DNA of 63,899 nt, filler included, from Lenisia limosa (Eukaryota; Protista; Breviatea), in NCBI GenBank assembly GCA_001655205.1. It is 8 parts of 8 records of this genome, joined end to end, with 100 filler letters (N's around TTAATTAATTAA, not from the genome) between each part and the next. Parts side by side here need not be neighbours in the genome. Positions count along the whole stretch, not along the records: positions 1 to 18,243 come from LPNZ01001964.1; positions 18,344 to 25,551 come from LPNZ01006850.1; 6 more parts are not named here. One strand, 5' to 3'. The notes beneath the pieces are model-generated. The model was not told the origin of the DNA and did not search any database. It saw only the letters and a program-made list of their open reading frames with translations. Within the stretch, counting starts at the first letter, position 1. Every line of letters begins with the position of its first letter. Positions 11,950 to 21,369 of this stretch are shown here, piece after piece. Both the position numbers and the translations under genes were made by a program.

Positions 11950-14420
11950 TTCATTATAAACAAGTTCCTCTATATTCTGTATTCAAACAGGGCTCCTCCT
12001 CCCACTTAAAAGTGTCGGTCGTGTGGTGTACGGATAGGAACAAGGGCGATTCTGGGGTGATGAATGCCCTGTTCTTCTCCACAAGAGCAATGAGGTCGAT
12101 GAATGTGCGCTGCAGTTGGAGCTTCTTCTCGTTGTCGACAATGGACAAGAGGGTACCTACAATAATAAGCATATCACTTAATAAATAAGAATGCATCAGA
12201 CATCACAGGAAGTTAACTGGTATCATGGTTGAGACAATCCAGACTCACTCTTCTTTCAATGTGATAATTTGTGGATTGCCCCAGTTCCGAGGAACAAACC
12301 CCGCAGATCAGCCAGAAGTGCGCGAAGTCCTGAAATGGATTCACGATTCTGATGTATGCCGTTGTTTAAATATGCCATCAACAAAATAAAAAAACAAATG
12401 TTAAAAAGCAAAGTTTTATCGCCAACCGGAATCATAGAAGATAAAGATAAAAAGATTTTTTTAGTCTTGTTGGTATTCTTAGATTGCTAAAGCTCTTTCT
12501 GGTAAGTTCAAGCCTTGGGGATACTGCTTTTTTTTCTATTTTAGTTTTCTTTTTTAATAGTAAAAGCGGTTTACCGACCAATAATTCTCAATTTATCGGA
12601 TCAGACCGAAACCGATTGTTTTTTTGTTTTCAATAAGGCCATAACAATTGGGAAGTTCAAGAGAAGGGTTTGTTTTACATGTTCGAATGTTTGTGAAAGA
12701 GGTTCCGAGTTATCTATCGTGCCCATCACATGTAGGTCGTCAAAACTCCCGGACAGATTGAAGGTGCCCTCTTGTCTAATTCAATGGGAATGTTATATGA
12801 AAAACGGTTTGACAGATAGATAGAAAAAAATGCCCTCTGAAAGTTGCCAATTGTGTTCCATGTCAGCAAATTGGGTTGTGTTAAGAAATAAAAATTGCAC
12901 CACTCGGAGTAAAAGGTTGTATATTCGCCTAATGGTGAATCTTAAGAGAGAAAACGCTTTAAATAGCTCTTTGAATTTGGTCAAACTTTCCTTAAAAGTT
13001 GTGTTTTGAACTGTTTTTTGGCACTGTAAGAGCCATAAACAGATAGCCAAGGGACAATGTGAAATTTGCGGTTCACTCTCTGATTCAGATGATATTTCTT
13101 ACGCAACAAGAGTGGAATTAAGATTTGTAGTGATTTTCTAAGAGCTGTCCGAACTTTTCAACAAGGACATTAAAAGTTCCTTACAGGGTATCTGTCGAAA
13201 GTTTTTCGGCTGTGGAGCGGCAGTCACCAATTTATTATTGTCTCGAGTCCATAATTGTCTATCAGGAGGACCGGCAAACAGAATAATAGAAGGGGGACAG
13301 CAGATTCACCTAATAATATCAGTAAATGCTAAGGTGATGAATCATCAGAGTAGCAGCGGAATAAACCTTTGATAAAAATGGAAGAAGTTAATACAATTTC
13401 AGAACAATGATTTATTAACATAAATGAGTCAACAATTTTCCAACAGCGTTATTAAACGATCTTACGACATCTGATTGAGAGGACATATGAGGATGTGCAT
13501 TGCTGACCGCTGAACGTTGAGAATTCTAGCAAACCAATAATTCCAGTGAGTGTGACATTTGTCCAAGGATTCACTATTGAGTAATTATGAATACTTTAAG
13601 TTAGAAATAATTGGCACAGCACAAAATACATACTGTTGAGAGAAAGAGTGGTTTCATTGATTTGGTCATTCACAGCTTTGATATATCCGGAATGGGACAT
13701 CTTTGACTGAGGCTGTAAATCGGCTTTAATTTAGCTAAAATTGCACTAACAGTGAGTGCTACGAATCCTGAAGCACTTTGGGGGAAATGTAAATATAGCT
13801 AATATATATTGTTTAATCCCTGGTAACTTGTCTCGTCATCCCCTTGATAATATTCGTTTTTCTTTTCAATTTCTTCTTCCTTACTCTTTTCTTCCTCCTT
13901 ACTCAAGATTTATTTCACGTTTTTGAAAATTTGATGATTTATATCGACTTGGAGTTGACGCAACAGAGTAGTTAATTCTGATAGTTTCCGTGGTACCTTT
14001 TGNNNNNNNNNNNNNNNNNNNNNNNNNNNNNNNNNNNNNNNNNNNNNNNNNNNNNNNNNNNNNNNNNNNNNNNNNNNNNNNNNNNNNNNNNNNNNNNNNN
14101 NNNNNNNNNNNNNNTGCACCAAGGTTGGAGGACTTTGAATAGATCCACAATGCAAATGGCTGCTGTCTCTCGGGGATGATTGATAACATTTCTTCGTTAC
14201 CCTTCAGCACAATAGCAACCACGAAGACCTTTATGCTTACTGATTCACCCGTCATGCTTTACGGGACTTTCGGTATCAGCCCGAAGGAACTGGTAACCAT
14301 CTTTTCACTATCAAGTTCTATGTAGGCACTTGTAACCATTAAACACGGTTGATTTCAAACTCCGATTAACTCATCAGGCTAATAGCCATCTTTTGACATC
14401 CAAAATAGTTAGGTCCTCTT
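11950..14420 (-). pseudogene. Multi-exon coding remnant(s) of unknown function, co-directional with and downstream of the tyrosine recombinase
   Basis: Strong donors and acceptors (gtgagt near 12245, tgtag|gtacc near 12160, gtaag near 13185); blocks such as TLLSIVDNEKKLQLQRTFIDLIALVEKNRAFITPESPLFLSVHH and ILFAGPPDRQLWTRDNNKLVTAAPQPKNFRQIP; internal stops. Confidence 0.4.
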
Positions 14421-15179
14421 ACACAGCTGTCTATGACGTTGCCTTCCATGTGACTTGGTGAGCCCCCCCTTTACAAATGCTCAATAGAAATATCGTGGGT
14501 TTTTTTGTATATGTGCTATTCGTTTCCATGACATTCATTCAGTCAGATATTTTGATAATGTTGACTGATTAGATTCGGCAACTTGCCTTCAGGGTTATCA
14601 TGTATCAGTCATATGAACGCATGAACAAAGGCGGGCTTACCTCATGAAGGGATTTGGTGATTGACAAATGTTAATAATTCTATCATTATTGATACTCAAA
14701 TAAACAGCATAGGGTCTTGTTGACATAACAAATATTGACTTGTAGGGAGTTTTTGGTAGAAAACATGGTATTATTTTTTTGAAGTGAAGGATCACTGGGA
14801 TCCCACTGATATTAGAAGCGTCCACAATAAAGGTGGTAGTTGGGTGGTAGTCCCTTCCCTCCCCAATTAACCAAAAAATTAACCACGGTTTATTCCCAAT
14901 AATTCTCGATATTATTAATTTTGAATATATTGTAACCTTCTTCATCTCTCCTCAATCTTGGATTTTACAAAACTTAGAGAACAAAAAATTGTAATGATAT
15001 ACATATAGTATGTATAGTCAAAGCTTCGGACATCATTCAAAATTCACCGGACACATCAAAACTCCTGGACAGCTTGAGTTTTTCATATAAAATCATCATA
15101 AACTATTGTCCTTTTGCTTTCGAAGTAATTTCAATCTTAATAAAAGGATGAAAAGCCAATTTTCCATATTGTCGGGTCA

Positions 15180-15650
15180 AAACCAAATTAAGTGGCGAAA
15201 GCTGTGCATATCGTGAAATGGGAGGCTAATTTGTTCGAATAGTGATTTATAAAACGTCTTGTCGTCATTATAAGACATTGGCTCTTCACCGTTGAGCACC
15301 TTGCCGTTCTCAAGTCGCAAGAAAAGATAGCCTGCGATGCCTTCGGGGTTGGTGAGTACAAGAGAATCTTTCAGCCTCGACTCAAGATACGCATTGACGT
15401 ATGAGCTTGTCAACTCATCGAGGACAATTGTTTTATCTTGATAAATAAGTGTTTTAACAAAATCACTGCACCAATAGCTACCTTAACATACATCAAGAGC
15501 ATGGTTCTTGCGGTGGCCAAATGATTCCCTCGACACCGGTCTGAAGTGGAGACTCAGCTGTCCGCCTTCCTCATCTTTGACGTCGCCAATACGGAGCGCA
15601 ACAAGGTCGGAGTGACGTGTCTTAGCTGTGTTCAGGACCTTAGTCATTGC
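15180..15650 (-). mobile_element. Tyrosine recombinase (phage-integrase/Xer-like catalytic domain) with spliceosomal intron, probably decayed
   Basis: TAKTRHSDLVALRIGDV (box I Arg at 15615-15617, cf. TG.R.SEL..L...D), a roughly 50-nt GT-AG intron at about 15437-15490, then YVNAYLESR...GYLFLR and HDMHSFRH (H-x-x-R, 15192-15206). No intact LGH...Y box found downstream. Further upstream exons probably extend to about 16300-16700. Confidence 0.75.
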
Positions 15651-16939
15651 CTGAATAATGTAACAAGAATAAATTGATACATGGTTGTAAACTACAAAAT
15701 GTTACGTCTTGTGTTCACTAAAGACGACCTGACCTTTAATCAAGAAACACAACCCATACTTTACATACAAAAATGAATTACCTCTTAAGTAGTCAGTCAT
15801 ATAATGTCCATCAAAAAGGGGCTAAAACTCCATCAGTAATATATAGTTAAAATAATAATATAGTTTGCTCTTTTGCCAAACATGCAAAAATATACTTCAA
15901 CTAGGTTCTGCTTTACTTTACAGATGTAACAACAAGTTCCCCATCACTCAAGAGTTGAATTAAAAAACAGTTGTGTTTTTTAATTCTATTTTGCCTCAAA
16001 ACTAGTATAAAGTCAGATAATATGGCTTGAAACTATGTTGGTTGTCGGTTCGGTTTGGCAGTAAACAATAACATAAATGATGCATACTGTGAAATATGAT
16101 ATTCTAATAACGTTATTTTGGTCCCCCAGGTTTATCATATTGACCCCTGTCATTTTTTGGGCCTCACCTGTGGGTGTTGTGTAGTGGTGTAGTGAAAGAA
16201 AATAGGTTTGGAATGGAAAATATCTTGAAGCTGGACAAGTTACCCACATTCCCTCAAACAACAGTCGGATGGATGAAATGTGGAATTGGTTTTTTCAATC
16301 ATCACAAGTAATTCTGTTTGAATCTTAACTCGTTTTATTCATGCTATTATATGTTTCAAAAAGGTTCTTTTAAACCATTTTCAAGTTCATTTGTGTTGTT
16401 TTATCAAGCTTGAGCTGTTATATCTGATTGCAGAATGCCTTTTATGTCTTGGTTATATAATTGAAGCTAAAGAATTATTGAAGAGCAATTCTTGTATTGC
16501 TGCAGACAGTATTCAGTCACTCCTACAACTATAGGAGGGCATACAAATATATGGAGGTAAAGACCTAGGAACAAGCAGATACACAGAAGGTGACCTGACC
16601 ACCCCAACATTGTATGCTCCAAGTAGTTGGTCCAGATCTGACTGAAAGGCCGAAAAGCCCATATCCACATATCCATCCATCCCTGGGGTAATTGTTCACT
16701 GATATGATATTGACCTGTAATTGACAACCATATTGAGAACTAAATCGTGACATTGCTCTCCAGTTTAAGTGAAACTAGAGATAGAGGTGAAGCTTGTTTG
16801 AAGGAGTGTATTGATGAGTTAGCCCGCTGGAGTTAGCGTTAACATACCAGATCACCTCCCGGCCTAACTACAAGTTCATAAGTGACATTTATAAACTGTT
16901 CCTAATGTAGGAAGCCCTTTCTTCTCGACCTTCTGGTCT

Positions 16940-17600
16940 CTTTGGTGCCCATTGCCAGGGATCTGACGAATCGACGCATTGTCTCCAAGGTCTTGTCTTG
17001 GGATGAGGTTAACGCCCTTTCTATTGTACCAAAGCTGATTGGTGGTAGTGAGATGCGTCTCTTCCAGAAGGAGGCTGTTGACGCTCCGATCGGATCACGA
17101 CAAAGTGTTCTTTTGAAGAGTTGGTACAGGCCAAGGAAAGTCGGCAGTTTCTCAGTTTTGTTCTATTCATTTGGATTGATTTCGTTTAATTATTCCAGAT
17201 TGCCGCCCTCATGCATGGCCCTGGATCCATCTGTGGTTACCATTGTACTGTCACTTTTATTTGTAATGGACACGACATCTCTGCCTGAACTCGGTAGCCA
17301 TTTCGGGGACTTCACCGTCCCAATATGACCCTGAGCATTTATGGCATGAAGGATAGTCATACCCATTTAGGCTGCAAGAGGAGCGAGGCTGTTTGTTGGG
17401 CGTGTCACATCCCACTCAATTTGTTGAGCATTCCTTATTTCCCTTCCAGGCCGGGTATGTTGTTGACAAGGTAAATGAGCATGTCAAGGCGCAGATGGCC
17501 AAAGAGAAGAAGGACAGAGAGATCTTATACGTCTTGTACAATTCGCTATCGGCGATTGAAGGTGATCTAGAGACTTTGAGCTACGAGAGCTTCAAGAAGG
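16940..17600 (+). pseudogene. RecQ-like superfamily 2 helicase N-terminal remnant
   Basis: Q-motif-like MRLFQKEAVDA (FQ from 17062); after a +1 frameshift, Walker A GTGQGKS (17123-17143); then QIAALMHGPG and VVTIVLSLL (cf. QLPAL...TVVVSPLLSL) and ILYVLYN (cf. LYVTPE). Confidence 0.65.
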
Positions 17601-17984
17601 ATGTAAGCAGGTGTTGAGGAATGAATGATAACGGTGGAATACACTCGTTGAAAATAATCACTTTTCTAATCTGAAAAGCTAATTTCTTTTGACCGGCATC
17701 TGTTTAAGGCCCAAATACTGTCAAAAACACAAAAAAAACCGTTATAAAAGACCATATTCAAGGAATAAATGGCAAATATTGTTAAATTTACAATAATGTA
17801 ACCTCAAACAAGTGGATTTTTATCTTATTTGCCTCTTGAAACAAGTGCTACTATCAAAATGATTGTCCATTGATATATTCAGAGGCTCCGTAACCATTTA
17901 ATGTCACTGAAAGCCCTTAAAAACAATCATCCCCATACATTGAAGTGTCCAAAAGGGAGTGGTTGCTGGTGAATTCCTGGCGTC

Positions 17985-18243
17985 ATGGTGATTCAAGGAA
18001 GGTCCGAGGAGATCAAGGCCGAACTTCTGAAGCGCGCAGCTGGAACAATTGTTTTCGGTGTCATTTGCGAACTAAATAAACGATTAACAACATTTTGATA
18101 TACGTGTAGGTTGGTGTTTGAAACCGTGAACATGATTGAAACCGCAAACAAGCCAAAAATCGACATATATCGCCTCAATAACAGCGAAAATAGCACTCGC
18201 AATGGCAGTGATGCGGAGTTGTGACGACTTGGTACCAGAAAAG
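17985..18243 (+). pseudogene. Coding-like spliced fragment at scaffold end
   Basis: MVIQGRSEEIKAELLKRAAGTIVFG then gtag|LVFETVNMIETANKPKIDIYRL; unassigned. Confidence 0.25.
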
Positions 18244-18343
18244 NNNNNNNNNNNNNNNNNNNNNNNNNNNNNNNNNNNNNNNNNNNNTTAATTAATTAAN
18301 NNNNNNNNNNNNNNNNNNNNNNNNNNNNNNNNNNNNNNNNNNN
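18244..18343. other. Artificial scaffold linker N44-TTAATTAATTAA-N44
   Basis: Six-frame-stop 12-mer at 18288-18299 inside a 100-nt spacer; identical design at six other sites. Confidence 0.98.
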
Positions 18344-18749
18344 AGAGGGGGGGGGGGGACCGGAGGGAGGGGAGCCCTAATTAAAACCCATATCACTCCT
18401 TTCACTTCAAGTGGCATGTTGACCATTTGCATGTTTCACCTTACATGCTCAATAATTCTCTTTTTTTTTGAACAAGAGAAAATTTGGGAAGTATGATTCA
18501 TTCTAGAGTTTGGAGTAGATATATCCCATTTCATTCGACTCATTACCCAGGTCAGTATCTCAGAGAAGAAGATACTATGTTCTAAACCTCATCCAGCCCC
18601 TCACTTTTTTCTTGTTCACCTCGGTATGTCGTACCGGCTATGGTAGTTTTCTGTTCCAGGTTCTAATAGAGTGTTTTAATCTAATCATTCGGTAAACTCT
18701 GTTACTTTTCTCAGAATTCTTCACTAAAATAGAAATACAAAAACACGGT

Positions 18750-18860
18750 TGTCTCCGGCCGAAGCCGTCCACACCAGCACGCTTATAAGAGATATTGAAT
18801 TATAATACTAATTCACCCAATCATTTGCCTTACTTTACACATATACATAGATAGGCCCCA
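18750..18860 (+). repeat. Repeat family B copy (non-TIR, about 135 bp)
   Basis: ctccggccgaagccgtccacacc...cgcttataagagatattg...ttcacccaatcatttgccttac, shared with copies at 20040-20165, 21075-21140, 45981-46112, 50330-50475, 55200-55280 and 62005-62060. Confidence 0.85.
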
Positions 18861-19110
18861 ATGGGGATAACTGACACAATACACTACTACACAATGGACT
18901 AACCTAAGACACACACTCGTCTTTAATCTGAAATGTAAGGAGCAATATAAAAAAGAGAGAGGGGGGGGGGGGNNNNNNNNNNNNNNNNNNNNNNNNNNNN
19001 NNNNNNNNNNNNNNNNNNNNNNNNNNNNNNNNNNNNNNNNNNNNNNNNNNNNNNNNNNNNNNNNNAAAAAAAGAAGAAGAGTATCCCCCCCACACACACC
19101 CTTCTGCTCG

Positions 19111-20779
19111 CTAAGATGACATGAGGTCTACAAACTTATTGAAGTTAAAGTTCCCTTGAGCGTCCGTATCAATCTGAGCGATAGGTAAGTATTGTGTCGA
19201 ATCCGGTCCCAAAAAAGACCAAATATCTCTTGACAAATCCTCGATAAATATTGATATTTTACCGGTCTTTTTCGGACCGCAGGGGGAAGCCCAAGTTGTT
19301 CCTTTTGAGAGTTTATGCAATTGCAATGATTTGGAAATAAGTTTTGGAATTTGTCATATTTACGAAAGAGGAGATGCTCCCCTTACATTTGAAAGCAGCT
19401 TGTCAAGTTCCATCGGCTCTATCGGCGGATCGTCAATGGTACCGTAGTCCTGCAGCATCCTGGAGGAAAGTGATATTGGGATATTGGTAGGGCTCCGTTC
19501 AAAAAAGACCAGCAATACATCGATAGTTTTCGAAGATTTATCGAGATTTTCAGTCTTTTTTCGAACCGAAGTGATATCGGGATATTGGGTCACAAAAATT
19601 ATAAACAAAAGAAAAATATGCATGACATGCATCTGAGTATTCTTATGTTCATAATTACTAAATACTCTTCAGTCAACGAAAAATAATACTAGGTTTGGAA
19701 ATGAAGCAAACCGGTGTAATTTGTAGATATTACAGAAGCCGGGTCGATCAGAATCTTGGAATATCTGTTCAATGAGCAAAAATGTGTTTCAGCTTAATGC
19801 TAAAATTCAAATAAAAAGATACCAGTGTGTATGGAAATGATTTCGTCTGTCCGATGATGGCACTCTGCCTGCCGCCAAACACCACCTCACTCTGAAGGAA
19901 TCTTTAATGACCTGGAGGGGATGCGACGTTTCCACATTTTTCGACATAACAGACACGAACTCTAAGGGTAGTGAGCGAAGCCATTCCAAGTTGTGCCAAG
20001 AATAAAGCTACAACAAAAACGAATATGATATTTTCTCAGGAGGCACACAGAAAGCTATGTGCACAGATTTTTAAGGCAAATGATTGGAAGAATAATACCA
20101 TACAATTATCCAATATCTCTTAAAAGCGTGACGGTGTGGCTTCGGCCAGATACAACCTTGTTATATTTTTCGATACGACATGAAAAAGATCTCTTGTCGC
20201 CCTCAGCCTGAACCAAGATATTGCTTATAAAACTTACTCCGTTTAAATATTCGATAATAATCCCAAGGATATATAATATACTATGATATATACACACGGG
20301 GAAGTAATATTATGTCCAAAATCACATAGTATCTCTTATAAACGTGTGATCTATCATATTTCAACAAATTCCTTCAAGCACCCACCCATGAAGTCGATAT
20401 CACCGGAGCCGTCAGCGTCAATTTCTTGCACCATCGCTTCGATTTCATCCTAAAGAGAAAATAAAGTGCAAAACAGAATCATTGATAATAATAAACGATA
20501 ATAAACTATAGAAAGGAAAGGCACGTTATGTTTGACAAGAACTTCGATCTAATAAAGACCATTAAAACATCAATATTTTAATCTGGTCACATCAAATGCT
20601 TTTAATTTCCTAAACACAAGACAACTCAAAAACAAAAAAACTGACTTTGTCAATAGGAGCCGCTCCCCCACCTTATTCCGGTCCAGGCCCAGTTGGATCA
20701 TGAGTTCGTGAAGCTCATCTGTCGATATAGATCCTCCATGATCCGCATCCACCAAATCAAAAATCTCACGAAGTTCATT
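19111..20779 (-). CDS. Calmodulin-like EF-hand calcium-binding protein (six recognised exons; start exon unresolved)
   Basis: Hand-spliced: NELREIFDLVDADHGGSISTDELHELMIQLGLDRNK|DEIEAMVQEIDADGSGDIDFM|EFVSVMSKNVETSHPLQVIKDSFR|IFQDSDRPGFCNIYKLHR|MLQDYGTIDDPPIEPMELDKLLSN|IDTDAQGNFNFNKFVDLMSS*; EF loops 1, 2 and 4 are recognisable. Confidence 0.88.
19200..19292. mobile_element. MITE family A copy (intronic, degenerate)
   Basis: cggtcccaaaaaagacc...ggtctttttcggaccg inverted arms, inside the last intron of the EF-hand gene. Confidence 0.7.
19490..19574. mobile_element. MITE family A copy (intronic)
   Basis: gggctccgttcaaaaaagacc...gtcttttttcgaaccgaagtga. Confidence 0.75.
20040..20165 (-). repeat. 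Repeat family B, near full-length copy with 3' hairpin (intronic)
   Basis: Reverse strand reads gtatctggccgaagcc...ttaagagatattgg...ccaatcatttgcctta...gcacatagctttctgtgtgc. Confidence 0.85.
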
Positions 20780-20879
20780 CTGGGAAGGGGGGGGGGGGAG
20801 TAAAATTGGAAAATTGATAAACAAAAAAATCCCAAAATCAACTCTGTTGGCTGACAACACACGAGAGTTGATAACTAAC
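20780..20879 (-). repeat. Repeat family C copy forming an intron 3' end (poly-C then AG)
   Basis: Sense strand: caactctcgtgtgttgtcagccaacagagttgattttggg...tcaattttccaattttactc-C-run-ttcccag|exon; homologous to 62892-62986 and 63240-63297. Confidence 0.8.
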
Positions 20880-20984
20880 AAAGCCCAAGCCAGTCGCTTC
20901 TGCAGCACCTCATCCCATCACTCCAACGTACGAAGAATGGATCACAAAATAATATACACCAAGCGTGAATTAATATTATCCTTA

Positions 20985-21070
20985 TGGCTTCACTTTGGTT
21001 CAAAAAAAGACTTAAATCCTCGAAAAGTATCGATATTTTGATGGTTTTTTTTCGAACCGAAGTGAAGCCC
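20985..21070. mobile_element. MITE family A copy, TA-flanked
   Basis: ta-tggcttcactttggttcaaaaaaa...ttttttcgaaccgaagtgaagccc-ta. Confidence 0.9.
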
Positions 21071-21167
21071 TAATGACACTATAATCCAATATCTCTTATA
21101 AGCGCGATGGTGTGGATGGCTTCGGCCAGACACAACTTTGTTTTTTTATTTCTCATTGCTATATACC

Positions 21168-21205
21168 CAAGGCGGTGGGGAGTGGGTGGTCGAGGTACCG
21201 CCTTG
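21168..21205. mobile_element. Miniature copy of the CAAGGCGGT inverted-repeat family
   Basis: caaggcggt...accgccttg, 38 bp; same termini and an internal gtcgagg shared with the 28798-29159 element. Confidence 0.55.
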
Positions 21206-21223
21206 AACACACCCCCCTCCTTA

Positions 21224-21320
21224 GGGCTTCACTTCGGTTCGAAAAAATGACTGAATTTCTCGATAAATCCTCGAAAACTATCAATATTACGCCGGTTTGT
21301 TTCGAACCGAAGTGAAGCCA
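21224..21320. mobile_element. MITE family A copy, TA-flanked
   Basis: ta-gggcttcacttcggttcgaaa...tttcgaaccgaagtgaagcca-ta. Confidence 0.9.
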
Positions 21321-21369
21321 TACCCCCAAGCCTCTCATTTGACGTTCTAAAAGGGAACACTCCCGTACT

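Noticed and set aside
11954-12160. Second tyrosine recombinase/Crypton DUF3504 (PESPLFLS...KWEEEP; also FRFDDVVSL at 11300)
   Set aside because: Only short, generic resemblance; no H-x-x-R or catalytic Tyr in register, and the two pieces are on opposite strands.
3424-12258. TGA reassignment (Trp/Sec) to explain in-frame TGA codons
   Set aside because: The TGAs co-occur with frameshifts, deletions and TAA/TAG stops in decayed elements; the conserved host genes (CLF1, SPF27) use TGG for Trp and show no in-frame TGA in the exons read.
18243-19111. Functional linkage between the mobile-element island and the EF-hand gene
   Set aside because: They lie on different scaffolds joined artificially.
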